Part shown: positions 39,079 through 49,071 of the stretch, in pieces | Position numbering within the stretch: position 1 is the first letter of the stretch | How the letters are laid out: each line of letters opens with the position of its first letter | NCBI GenBank assembly: GCA_965218785.1 | Contig: OZ244650.1 | Coordinates: 288,001-352,000 of the forward strand | DNA length: 64,000 bases | DNA from: Nitrosopumilus sp. | Lineage (GTDB): Archaea; Thermoproteota; Nitrososphaeria; Nitrososphaerales; Nitrosopumilaceae | Direction: 5' to 3' | Program-made: the position numbers and the translations under genes | The notes under the pieces: generated by a model | The model's database searches: none | What the model was told of the DNA's origin: nothing | Seen by the model: the letters and a program-made list of their open reading frames with translations, nothing else

Positions 39079-39176
39079 GATGAGGTATTGTTGAATTGAT
39101 ATAAAAAAACACAATCATTTTCCCAAAGAAAATAATTTCCCATTCCTGTTTTATAGAATAATACCACATACAAGAC

Positions 39177-40292
39177 ATGGCAACAAAATATTTTGCACCA
39201 GTTATCATCATCATGACAGTAATGACTGCCTTTCTCATACCTGCAGCAGCCCATGCAGTCCAGCTAAATGCTGCAATCCCGGAGGGTTCTGAGGAATTTG
39301 TGCCAACTTTTTCATTTACAAGAATCATATCAATACAGTACTCGGAGTCCAGTAAACTGGCAGAATTATTTGGCAAGACTCAACAAGAAATAATCTTTGA
39401 TATTAATTCTCAAAATGGAAAACTTTTGATGGAGAAAATAAACTCTTCATTACAGGAAAGATCATTTGTCAAGGTAACTGATATTTCAGGAGAGTATTCA
39501 GTTGTGATTACACCGCAAAAAGAATCGGCATCAATCGAGTACAAAATAATACTGCGTCCAACCATGCAAGGTCACTTTATTTCTGACTTTGTGCTTGATT
39601 CACAATGGAGGGGATTTGAAATTGATGGGGAACTTCCAGTAGAGACCCAATACGGTACATATGATGTAAATTCCCCAATCTCTGCATTTATCAAAATGCC
39701 TGCAATCTCTAAATACGTATCAGGGTCAGATGCAATGGCTCTTTTAGAGATGAAGCTGCTAGATGCCACGGGTCTTTTGAAATTGTCCCTCTCAAAATGG
39801 GAATCAATGTTTGATCCTACAACAAAGATGGTTGAGACTGCCGGATTTGGGTTCTCAGGTGTGGTAATAACAAACTATTCCATGGGAATTTGTACGGTAT
39901 ACCTGGGAGTCTGCCAAGACAGAGACTATACAAAATCATTTGAGATTGACGGAGAGGAGTATACCATGCGCTCCATAGAGTCCCAAGATGATGGAACCAT
40001 AATAATGGAGGGATACGTGCAAGAAAGCTCACTTGGACGAGTAGAGAGGTTTCTAGTTACAGATAATGCATCATCAAATGTAGATGAAAATGATGCTCAG
40101 GCCTCTGTATTGTATGCAGTATCAGGGGTAGGAGTGGCCATTGCCGCGTGTTTCTTTGTATGGAGTGACAAAAAGACCAAAAAGACATCTAGTGAGCAAA
40201 CGGGAATCGACCCTAAAGATTTGTATGCCACTGCAATTGGAAGTTCTGCTGGAAGTTATCAAACAAACCGTGGCATCTCACACCTCAGATAG
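39177..40292 (+). CDS. Secreted protein with C-terminal TM and QTGIDP...YQTNRG tail
   Basis: Signal peptide, C-terminal TM and a conserved-looking cytoplasmic tail. Confidence 0.8.
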   Translation: MATKYFAPVIIIMTVMTAFLIPAAAHAVQLNAAIPEGSEEFVPTFSFTRIISIQYSESSKLAELFGKTQQEIIFDINSQNGKLLMEKINSSLQERSFVKVTDISGEYSVVITPQKESASIEYKIILRPTMQGHFISDFVLDSQWRGFEIDGELPVETQYGTYDVNSPISAFIKMPAISKYVSGSDAMALLEMKLLDATGLLKLSLSKWESMFDPTTKMVETAGFGFSGVVITNYSMGICTVYLGVCQDRDYTKSFEIDGEEYTMRSIESQDDGTIIMEGYVQESSLGRVERFLVTDNASSNVDENDAQASVLYAVSGVGVAIAACFFVWSDKKTKKTSSEQTGIDPKDLYATAIGSSAGSYQTNRGISHLR

Positions 40293-40475
40293 TTAGTTCA
40301 CCTGAATCTGCCACCATCGGGTGTTTTTGTTAAACCTGGATAACTCTGCTGCATAACCCCTGTATCATCTGTTGGAAACTGCAGTCAGATTCAGCGTTAC
40401 CTGGGATCATACACAACAGATTTTGTAATTTATTGGTCTTTACCGCCAAAGAATATAAGGAAATAATTCCGGATA

Positions 40476-42878
40476 ATGACAAGCTTGTCTTTTTTGGGTA
40501 TGTTGCCATCATCTGTTAATCGCAGACTGTTGTTTTTTGGCATCTTTCTTGCCTCGTTATCCGGACTGGTCTTGGAGATTGCCATTACTCGAATCTTCTC
40601 TGCTGCCATATGGTATCATTTTGCATTTGTTGCAGTATCTGTTGCGCTGGTAGGACTGGGCTCCTCCGGACTGCTGGTGCACTATTACAAACTAAAAAAG
40701 ATCAAAGAAAACTGGGCAGACGATCTTACTATTGCATCATCAATTGGCATCATAGTTGTCTTACCACTGATACTTTATGTGATGCATTCTCTTGCCTCAC
40801 AAGTCGTTTATCTGCCCCTTTTCATGTTCCTTTTTACAATTCCGTTCTTTTTTATAGGAATTATAATTTCCGCGGCATTTAGCGCGTTTGCAAATATTGC
40901 AGGAAGGCTGTATGCTGCGGATTTGATAGGGGCCTCCCTGGGTGCCATCGCAGTGGTATTTCTTTTACGATTGCTAGGTGGCGAGGGTACCACCCTAGTT
41001 GTCGGACTGATGGCGGCAATCTGTGCGACCATCTTCTCAATCATGTCTAAAAATAACAAGAAAATTTTCCTGTCTCTGGCATTTGTTGTGCTTGCATCAT
41101 CACTGATTTACATAAATGATCTGACCCAAATTTTCTCCATTCCGACAGATCCGACTGCCAACAAGGACCTGCCCATATTTCTGAGAGAAAATCCCGGCTC
41201 CCATATTGTCAAAACGGAGTGGAATTCCTTCTCAAGAATTGATATAGTCGAGGGAATCACCGGTGAGTGTACCCCTGATTTTGTTCCGAGCGGACAGAAT
41301 CCCGCACAGTGTGCACAGGAGGAACTAGTTGCAAAGATCTTCATTGACGGCGGGGCAGGCACCAACATAATTTCATGGGATGGTGATCTCAACTCTGAGC
41401 ATGACCTGACCACGTGGATGCAGTATCTTCCATTTTCAGCCAAGGAAAATCCCAAGGTGCTGATAATCGGCTCTGGCGGTGGCAGGGATGTTGTTGCCTC
41501 ACTCCTTGCCGGAAGTCAGGATGTCACTGCCGTGGAGCTGAATCCGATAATTTTTGATACTGTCAAAAGTTATGGCGATAAAGCAGGCAATCCATACACC
41601 CACCAATACGTTGATGCTTACGTGGATGAGGGACGCAGTTTTATTTCACGCTCTGATGAGAAATTTGATATTATTTACATTCCCTTTGTAGATACCTGGG
41701 CATCCGTGTCTTCGGGCGGATTGGGGGTATCTGAAAACTTTCTTTATACCATTGAGGGATTTCAGGAATACTATGATCATCTAAAGGAGGACGGCCAGAT
41801 AGTCACAGTACGCTGGCTGATTGATTCTCCAAGATTTGTAACCACATTTGCAGAGTTGATACAGCAAAACGGCTATTCCATAAATGACTTGGAGAAACAC
41901 CTTATGATTCTGAGTTCTGACTCTGTTGATACGGATCCCAGCGTAACTATGACAATTTTTTCAAAATCCGAGTTCACTGAGGATGAAATACGTTACATGT
42001 ATGACTCTGCCAATGAATACGGCTACAAACCCATTCTGATTCCCGGTCTGGTTATACTAGAGCCGTATCTGTCGTATTTGAGGGGCGAAATCCCAAACGA
42101 GGAGTTTTATCAGTTGTTTCCGACAAAAATCCATCCTGTAACTGATGACAGTCCGTTCTTTTTATCATTTGAAAAGCCGATCCCTCCAATTGTTCTGGTT
42201 TTAACTTATGCAGGTCTGATCATTGCAGCATCATTTGTGTTAATACCGCTGATCTGGCTAAGAAAAGAGATTTCCAAAAAAACAGATCTGCAGACCTGGA
42301 GTATCGTCTTGTATTTTTCCTCGTTAGGAATGGGATTTATTTTGATAGAGCTCTCGCTTTTACAGAAATTTATCTTGTTGTTGGGAAATCCTACCACCAC
42401 TTTTGCCATACTGCTTTTTACAATTCTTGTGGCAGGAGGTATTGGAAGCCAGATTAGCACCCGTCTAATCCGGCATAACACCAGAAATCTGTTGTTTGTC
42501 ATATCAGGAATAATCCTGCTGGGTGCGGTTTTTGTGATCTTACTGCCTGAAATCATCTATTCTGTGATTGCAGAACCCTTTGAGATCAAGGCAGTAATTA
42601 GCGTCGCTGTTCTCTTCCCAGTCGGGTTACTGATGGGCATGCCGTTACCCACCATTATGAGGTTGTTAAAATCCCACAAGCCCACACATATACCGTGGAT
42701 GTGGGCCATCAACGGTTCGTTTTCTGTTCTTGGGGCGGTCCTATCAGTGGCAATAAGTATTGCGTATGGCACCTCCAACGCAATGATTTTGGGAATTTTA
42801 ATTTACTTTGTGGCATTATGCGTCGTATTCATGTGGACCAGACGATCATTGGAATTTGTAGGTACAACCCAAGGCTGA
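40476..42878 (+). CDS. Multi-TM protein fused to a spermidine-synthase-like SAM-binding domain
   Basis: LYAADLIGASLG, WNSFSRID, VLIIGSGGGRD, VELNP, DEGRSF, VTDDSPFF and WAING motifs. Confidence 0.85.
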   Translation: MTSLSFLGMLPSSVNRRLLFFGIFLASLSGLVLEIAITRIFSAAIWYHFAFVAVSVALVGLGSSGLLVHYYKLKKIKENWADDLTIASSIGIIVVLPLILYVMHSLASQVVYLPLFMFLFTIPFFFIGIIISAAFSAFANIAGRLYAADLIGASLGAIAVVFLLRLLGGEGTTLVVGLMAAICATIFSIMSKNNKKIFLSLAFVVLASSLIYINDLTQIFSIPTDPTANKDLPIFLRENPGSHIVKTEWNSFSRIDIVEGITGECTPDFVPSGQNPAQCAQEELVAKIFIDGGAGTNIISWDGDLNSEHDLTTWMQYLPFSAKENPKVLIIGSGGGRDVVASLLAGSQDVTAVELNPIIFDTVKSYGDKAGNPYTHQYVDAYVDEGRSFISRSDEKFDIIYIPFVDTWASVSSGGLGVSENFLYTIEGFQEYYDHLKEDGQIVTVRWLIDSPRFVTTFAELIQQNGYSINDLEKHLMILSSDSVDTDPSVTMTIFSKSEFTEDEIRYMYDSANEYGYKPILIPGLVILEPYLSYLRGEIPNEEFYQLFPTKIHPVTDDSPFFLSFEKPIPPIVLVLTYAGLIIAASFVLIPLIWLRKEISKKTDLQTWSIVLYFSSLGMGFILIELSLLQKFILLLGNPTTTFAILLFTILVAGGIGSQISTRLIRHNTRNLLFVISGIILLGAVFVILLPEIIYSVIAEPFEIKAVISVAVLFPVGLLMGMPLPTIMRLLKSHKPTHIPWMWAINGSFSVLGAVLSVAISIAYGTSNAMILGILIYFVALCVVFMWTRRSLEFVGTTQG

Positions 42879-43011
42879 TTGAACGTACCGTATCTGGCAT
42901 CATCTGCCTTACTGCACAGGCTCCTAATTATCTGCAAGTGTGTGATTCTGGATTGATGCCTTTTCGTATAAATGAGAATTAGTCTTTATACGATACCATA
43001 GTAAAGATGGC

Positions 43012-43905
43012 ATGGGTCGAGGCTATCTGACTGAGGAGATCAGGCAAAGACTGATTTCGTCATTAAAGGGCTCCAAGACTGGAATGTCCGGAGTTGAGAT
43101 TTCCAAAAAAATCGGCGTCAACAGGATTACCATGATAAAGTATCTCAAAGTTTTTGCAGCCGAGGGATTACTCGGGCAAAAAAATATTGGAAACACTACA
43201 TTGTGGTTTTTAGAACCAGGTCAAGAGTCTTACAACTTTCCTGATGATTATTTCAAAATAGAATCACAGTATCTTGATGATTTAATCAAAGGAACTGAAG
43301 ACCAGGTCTATTCTCTAATCCGTAATTGTATACATTCCGGAGCTGCAATCAACCGTTTGATACTGGAGATAATCGTACCTGCCATCAATTCTGTTCAGAA
43401 TCTGTATGATGAGGGAAAGATTGGAACATCCGAGCAAAATCTCCTTAAAACCACAATTTCAAAATCCCTTCATATCTTTAATCAACTTCAGGTCGTCTCT
43501 GATCCAAAAAAGAACGTAGTTGTAATTGCAGCTGATGTACACAGCCTCCTTGCATCCGAAGCCGCATCTGCGGCTTATCATTCTGATGGATGGAAGGTTT
43601 TCCATCTTGGAGACATGTCCTCGGTAATCAATGTCTTATTTGATCTTGACTTTCAAAAATTAATCGGGAAAATTTGGAAGCAAAAACCGGGAGTTTTGCT
43701 GGTAGTTGTATTTTCACATACTGGTGAGGGATTGAATTTCTTTACAGACTCGATTGCCCCCATCAAAGAAAAATCCGGCAAACGCATAAAGTTGGCACTT
43801 TGTGGAAAAGCATCTAAAAAAACTAAAATTAATTCCGATTTGTTGTCTGAAAAATTAGATGAGATCCTACAGTGGTCTCAGACCATATCTGAAAACATCA
43901 AATAA
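43012..43905 (+). CDS. wHTH plus B12-binding-like domain regulator
   Basis: N-terminal HTH; cap region IVPAINSVQNLYDEGKIGTSEQ; GWKVFHLG. Confidence 0.7.
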   Translation: MGRGYLTEEIRQRLISSLKGSKTGMSGVEISKKIGVNRITMIKYLKVFAAEGLLGQKNIGNTTLWFLEPGQESYNFPDDYFKIESQYLDDLIKGTEDQVYSLIRNCIHSGAAINRLILEIIVPAINSVQNLYDEGKIGTSEQNLLKTTISKSLHIFNQLQVVSDPKKNVVVIAADVHSLLASEAASAAYHSDGWKVFHLGDMSSVINVLFDLDFQKLIGKIWKQKPGVLLVVVFSHTGEGLNFFTDSIAPIKEKSGKRIKLALCGKASKKTKINSDLLSEKLDEILQWSQTISENIK

Positions 43906-44172
43906 TGGGAATTCTTTGGACGTATTGCATTTTGATCTAATGTATCTAACACCCTATTACGGATTTATTTAAAACTCTGGTTAGTCACTCTTCTCCAGTC
44001 TTGTAAGGGTGGTTTTTAATTTCATTAATAATACAAAAATCCAAGACGTACTTTTAATATTCAAATGTTTTATTACCCAACTTGATTTTTGGGATATAAA
44101 ATAACATGATTTGTATTAGAAAAACTGTGTTACAAGCAGGACTAGTAATTTAATTTATTCTGAGGTCTCTGC

Positions 44173-44418
44173 TTATTTTTCCGGATTTATAATCCACAGA
44201 TCATTATACAGCTCATCTTGCTTGCCGGTTTTGATAATAAGACCCTGATCTATTGCATCCTGAACTTTTTTTCCTGCACTAATCTTCCAACCTGGACACC
44301 AACTCTTGAGATCCTCTATAATCCAGTTCTTTGTGTGGCCTCTGCCTGCTCCATCTGATTTTTCAGTCAGTTTAAGGTGATATGCTGCCTTGTTCTCTGC
44401 ATACTGCAGATCTTCCAT
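44173..44418 (-). CDS. Hypothetical protein (islet)
   Basis: 81-aa ORF directly downstream of a frameshifted ORF. Confidence 0.45.
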   Translation of the reverse strand: MEDLQYAENKAAYHLKLTEKSDGAGRGHTKNWIIEDLKSWCPGWKISAGKKVQDAIDQGLIIKTGKQDELYNDLWIINPEK

Positions 44419-44969
44419 GTTATTTCTTACGCTCCCGCCTTATTTTAAATTTCAAGGCAATTTTTGCCATGTCTGCATCACTGATTGCCGCCTCTGACAG
44501 TATAGCAAATTTCAGATGTTTTGGAACAGGTACAGGCTTGGTTGTATCAGTCTTAGCTCCAACTGTTTTACATCTTCAAGATCCATCTTTTGGCCATGTT
44601 TTATTGTCTTGGAATTGCGTAAAAATGCTGTGGCTTTTAGAATCTTAAATGGCAGATCTTTTGCTCTCATTTCCAGTTTTATCTAGGGGATACTTGAAAT
44701 TCCCAGAGAGGAATATAATCAATTTTTTCTATCAACAGTAATATGTAAGAAAGTAAAATTATAAAAAATTATATTTGAATCGAAGTTGTTGTGTAATTCC
44801 CACTTGCCTGCAATATTAGATAAAGCCGAAACGATTACATTTGGTATATGATACCAAACAGACAGGATTTCATCATAAATTTAGAAAATCTATACCCTCA
44901 TGATAATTAAGTAACAACTTCCAACTAGCAAACTTTAGATTATATCATAATTTCATAATATATAGAAAA

Positions 44970-46505
44970 TTGATTTCTAACAGTTATGATAAATCTGAAT
45001 TAATCGGGACTGATTCTGATTTTCTATGTCTACTTTGTTATGAACCTCTTTATTATAATGCGATAACAAAAAAAGAAATTTGTGCCAATCCTCAATGTAT
45101 CATTTCTCAAAAATCCCCTGAAATCCATCTAAATGTTGACAAAAATCCTCTTTTAGATGAATTAAAACAAATGTATCTCAAACGATTGAAAAGATTCTAT
45201 ATTTTTGCACCTAGTTTTTTGTTTAGACGATTATATGAAACCAGAATGGGTGAATTTGTGAAGTTTTTTCATAACACTGGAATGAAATTTAATACTATTT
45301 TGGGAATAAATTTTCTTCTTACAAAATTATATTACAATAATGTGTGGGGAAGCGAAACTAATGAACAAATTTTTCAAAATACACTAAATGAATTTCTTAA
45401 TGATTTTGATGAACAATATTTTGTTGAATTTATTGAATCTAAGCTTTATCTAATTGATCAACATGAGGATCCTTATGTAATGAAATACTCTGATGTTATA
45501 AATAATATTCACAAAGTTTTAGGTTTGGTAGATGAAACAAAATTTGGTCCTAACGATGTAAATTCATATTATTTTATTGATCGTCAATCAGGAATTGGAA
45601 CAATAAAAGACCCATTTGATATTGAAACAATATTTAGAAATCATTTTTATTTAGCAATAACTATGAATCATATTTTTAAGTTTAGATATTTTGTTTCTCA
45701 AATTCATAATTATCCTGTAAAATCTTCTGATCTTGCAATTTTGTTTTCTGTATGGACTAGATGTTTGCCCGGACAAACATGTACTTTGGATCTAAATGGT
45801 CTGAAGCATATCCATAACGGTGCATTGAAGGAAAATCATATGGAAGGAAATTTTGATGATTTTTTAGAAGTGTATACTTCAGGCAAAAATTATGCCCCTG
45901 TATTGATTTTTGATGGAGAACGATTTCATTTTGATTATCCTTCTTTACTTTTAATTTTATTTTATCTATTTTCTATTAACAAAATTATTGATGGCAGTCA
46001 AACACTATCTGGTTTCAATACTCTTATGGAACAAAGACAAAAAGCAGCTCATAATTTTGAAGTAGAAATACGAAATAAATTAAAAACAGATGGTTTTACA
46101 GTTTTTCCAAATTCAGATAATGAAAAATTTGAACCCAGTATTGATAATGAACAAAGAGAGTTTGATTGTTTAGCTATTGATTATAATGATAAAATCATTG
46201 TCTCTATTGATGCCAAATATGAAGATATTGCACCATCGTCTAAAGTTGGGAAAACCATCTTAGATCAGTGTGTTCTTGATAAAAATAACGGTATTCTAAA
46301 ACATGCAAAAGAACATCATACTAGAAGACAGTTTCTTGTAAAAAATTTAAAAAAATTCCCCGTACATATTCAAGATGATTCTTGGAATTATAAAATTTAT
46401 TCAATCATAGTTACTAAACATACTCCAATGATTAGTAGACATTTAACTTCAAGAATCATTTCTTATGATGATTTTAAAATTCTTGATTTTCATACTTTGG
46501 AATAA
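44970..46505 (+). CDS. Zn-finger plus C-terminal PD-(D/E)XK (NERD-like) nuclease domain protein
   Basis: CLLC..CANPQC; FEVEIRNKL...REFDCLAI...SIDAK. Confidence 0.7.
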   Translation: MISNSYDKSELIGTDSDFLCLLCYEPLYYNAITKKEICANPQCIISQKSPEIHLNVDKNPLLDELKQMYLKRLKRFYIFAPSFLFRRLYETRMGEFVKFFHNTGMKFNTILGINFLLTKLYYNNVWGSETNEQIFQNTLNEFLNDFDEQYFVEFIESKLYLIDQHEDPYVMKYSDVINNIHKVLGLVDETKFGPNDVNSYYFIDRQSGIGTIKDPFDIETIFRNHFYLAITMNHIFKFRYFVSQIHNYPVKSSDLAILFSVWTRCLPGQTCTLDLNGLKHIHNGALKENHMEGNFDDFLEVYTSGKNYAPVLIFDGERFHFDYPSLLLILFYLFSINKIIDGSQTLSGFNTLMEQRQKAAHNFEVEIRNKLKTDGFTVFPNSDNEKFEPSIDNEQREFDCLAIDYNDKIIVSIDAKYEDIAPSSKVGKTILDQCVLDKNNGILKHAKEHHTRRQFLVKNLKKFPVHIQDDSWNYKIYSIIVTKHTPMISRHLTSRIISYDDFKILDFHTLE

Positions 46506-46545
46506 TTTTCGGATTGACTAAAATATTTTATTTTGTAAAATATTT

Positions 46546-47553
46546 TTATTTTCGTCCAAGTAACTTTTCAATTGTTTCTGGTTCTACCCATGTTTCCATT
46601 TTTCCCATCACTTCTTTACCAATAGGCCATCTATCATTCCGTTCTGCTGTTATCAAAATGGTTCCTTTATTAGATTCTCCTATCATTATTTCCATTTTTC
46701 TATTATTTTCTCTAAAATGAGGATTATCTTTTAACATTGATTTTATGAGGTGAAATCTATTGGTATCTGAATATACAAATCTTAATGAATTTTTTAATTG
46801 CAAAAAATTTTCACGAATTATAAATTGTTTTTTGTAAATATGATGTGTATTCGGCTCCTGTCTGAATAAAATTGGATCTACTGCCAAAATACTTAACGTT
46901 GGACTTATTGGCAGATGAATTTCAATACCTCTGTTAATTATTCCTAAATTTCCCATTCTATGCATATCATATTCATTCTGTTTTGTAATTGGTTCATCTG
47001 ATGTCCAAAAAGGAATAGATGTATGATTTTCAAAAATTATAAATTTCATATTGAAAAATATTTTTGCAAAATTTTGATAATCTTTTATTATGTTTAGATG
47101 ATTTTTTATTTCACCTAATTCGGTTAAACTTACTTTCAAATTTTTAGGAATAACATTTTTTGCTGCTAGATTTATCGCTTCTTCATAGAGTTGTTTTATT
47201 TCTAACCTCTGTGATTCTGTTCTAAGCCACTGTAATGAAAAAAATTCACATATTGATAGTTTATCATCATATGATAGTTTATAGTAATCTTTTTTTTCAA
47301 TTAATTTTTTCATAGATTGAGAATGAATATTTTCTACTTGTGAAAATCTAATTTCTAATGAATCTAAACCTTGATACTCTCCTCCGTAAAAATCTGTTTT
47401 AACTGCAAGATTTGATGGATCAGATGTAAATTTTACTTCATTTTTTTTATCATAACAATATAACTTTTGACCAAATTGTTTGAGATAAAATTGTGGAATG
47501 TAATGTTGTCGAACTTTCTTCTTTTTCTTAATATCATCAATCATGAAACCCAT
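46546..47553 (-). CDS. DUF4238 domain protein
   Basis: RQHYIPQFYLKQF, QWLRT, FWTSDEPI and LPISP motifs. Confidence 0.85.
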   Translation of the reverse strand: MGFMIDDIKKKKKVRQHYIPQFYLKQFGQKLYCYDKKNEVKFTSDPSNLAVKTDFYGGEYQGLDSLEIRFSQVENIHSQSMKKLIEKKDYYKLSYDDKLSICEFFSLQWLRTESQRLEIKQLYEEAINLAAKNVIPKNLKVSLTELGEIKNHLNIIKDYQNFAKIFFNMKFIIFENHTSIPFWTSDEPITKQNEYDMHRMGNLGIINRGIEIHLPISPTLSILAVDPILFRQEPNTHHIYKKQFIIRENFLQLKNSLRFVYSDTNRFHLIKSMLKDNPHFRENNRKMEIMIGESNKGTILITAERNDRWPIGKEVMGKMETWVEPETIEKLLGRK

Positions 47554-47945
47554 TATTATTTTCTAATTCTGGTATTTTAATACGGGTAATTCTGTAATAA
47601 CCTAAAATATTTCTAATTTTTGATTAAATTTACAGAAGTTTATTTAATTAGAATATTTTTACTAGTTAGGTTTCATTAATTTTCGTAATTGTATCTAACA
47701 CAACACTCCTCTGAATTATGGTTTTTTCTCATCCTACTGTGCTGGGCTTGTTTTTAATTTGTTTGTTTTTTACACCGGTTATATTTTTCTTTGTTTTATT
47801 TTGACAACGATTTTTTTTGCTATCCGTATTCTGATTTTTCAAACCCACACTTGCTTTTGTTAAATCTGTTCGTGTATTGCACCTTGCAGATTTCTTTAGA
47901 ACCAGTTTTTTTACTACTTGTTCTCAAATCTGAGAATGGATTCAA

Positions 47946-48020
47946 TGGGCCCGATGTGATTCGAACACATGACCTTTCGATTATCAGTCGAACGCTCCAG
48001 CCAAGCTGAGCTACGAGCCC
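47946..48020 (-). tRNA. tRNA-Ile(GAT)
   Basis: Anticodon arm TTCGA-CTGATAA-TCGAA. Confidence 0.96.
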
Positions 48021-48053
48021 ACGAACAATTCTCTAGGCTAGACTCATTTAAGT

Positions 48054-48608
48054 TTAATTTTCTTTCCACTTGATTGAACACCCAATGGATGGGTCGAAAT
48101 CTTTTTCAATTTTTTCTCCAGCTATCAATTTCTCCATATTGATAATCATTGTTTTCTCAGTTGCCTCGTCATCTGGTTTCATGGCATTGTCTATTTTTCC
48201 ATGAAAAACCAATTGTTTTTGGGCATTAAACAAGAAAGGATCCGGAGTGCACATGGCACCATATTTCTTGGCAATTTCCTGTGTTTGATCTACTAGATAA
48301 TCAAATTCAAATCCTTTTTCTTTTGCTGTTTGCTTCATGGCCTCAAAGCTATCTTCTGGATAATTAGTAGAATCATTACTGTTAATTCCAATTATTGCGA
48401 TATCTTTACCACATTTTTCAAATAATTCGTTGAGTGCATCCACCTTTGCTTTAACATAGGGGCAATGATTGCACATGAAAATCACTAGAATTCCTTTGAA
48501 ATTGCCATAATCATTTAATGAGTGCTTTTTGTCATCAATTCCCATTAATTCAAAATATGGAGCGATATCTCCTGATTTCAGTTTGACTTGAGATTCTAAA
48601 AGTACCAT
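48054..48608 (-). CDS. Thioredoxin-like/AhpC-TSA family protein
   Basis: FMCNHCPYV, YGAMCTPD and SIGCSIKW. Confidence 0.92.
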   Translation of the reverse strand: MVLLESQVKLKSGDIAPYFELMGIDDKKHSLNDYGNFKGILVIFMCNHCPYVKAKVDALNELFEKCGKDIAIIGINSNDSTNYPEDSFEAMKQTAKEKGFEFDYLVDQTQEIAKKYGAMCTPDPFLFNAQKQLVFHGKIDNAMKPDDEATEKTMIINMEKLIAGEKIEKDFDPSIGCSIKWKEN

Positions 48609-48688
48609 GGGCGAAACAATCCTGTCATCAAATAAAATCCTTGTCAAGAAGACAACAATTAAAATCCACACATTAGCCTCATTTGTGG

Positions 48689-48762
48689 GGGCCGGTAGTA
48701 TAGCCTGGTAGTATACCCGCCTTGCACGCGGGGGGTCACGGATTCAAATTCCGTCCGGTCCA
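48689..48762 (+). tRNA. tRNA-Ala(TGC)
   Basis: G3:U70 pair; anticodon arm CCCGC-CTTGCAC-GCGGG. Confidence 0.96.
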
Positions 48763-48837
48763 CCTTTAATTACCCGATCTGCCTTGAAATTCAGGCTGCT
48801 GGATGGATTTAAATAGGATAAGTTTGGGTTTTCTTCT

Positions 48838-48939
48838 ATGGTAAGCGCAGCAGACGGATGGCCTGTATGGATTCCACTCATTGTAGGTTTAGCTCCAGGT
48901 TTGATTTACTGGTTAGCAATCACTGCAAAGAGAAAATAA
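48838..48939 (+). CDS. 33-aa single-TM small protein (not in ORF track)
   Basis: MVSAADGWPVWIPLIVGLAPGLIYWLAITAKRK; TATA at 48808, T-rich tail. Confidence 0.6.
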   Translation: MVSAADGWPVWIPLIVGLAPGLIYWLAITAKRK

Positions 48940-49071
48940 AATTCATATCCATTTTTAATCTCTTTTTATTATATCCTCTACGTTAGAGTAAACTAGGTAA
49001 AACCTTCTTACCTCTATTGTTGACTATATGATATATTACACAAAATTAACCTTAATCGCATGAATATTCAT

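Larger units (their letters stand above)
44150..47945. mobile_element. AT-rich genomic islet at the tRNA-Ile 3' end (degenerate integrative element)
   Basis: Visibly lower GC, foreign-looking genes and position next to the tRNA 3' end; no integrase or att duplicate seen. Confidence 0.55.

Noticed and set aside
43900-47945. Intact provirus with att sites
   Set aside because: No integrase, structural genes or duplicate of the tRNA-Ile 3' end found by eye
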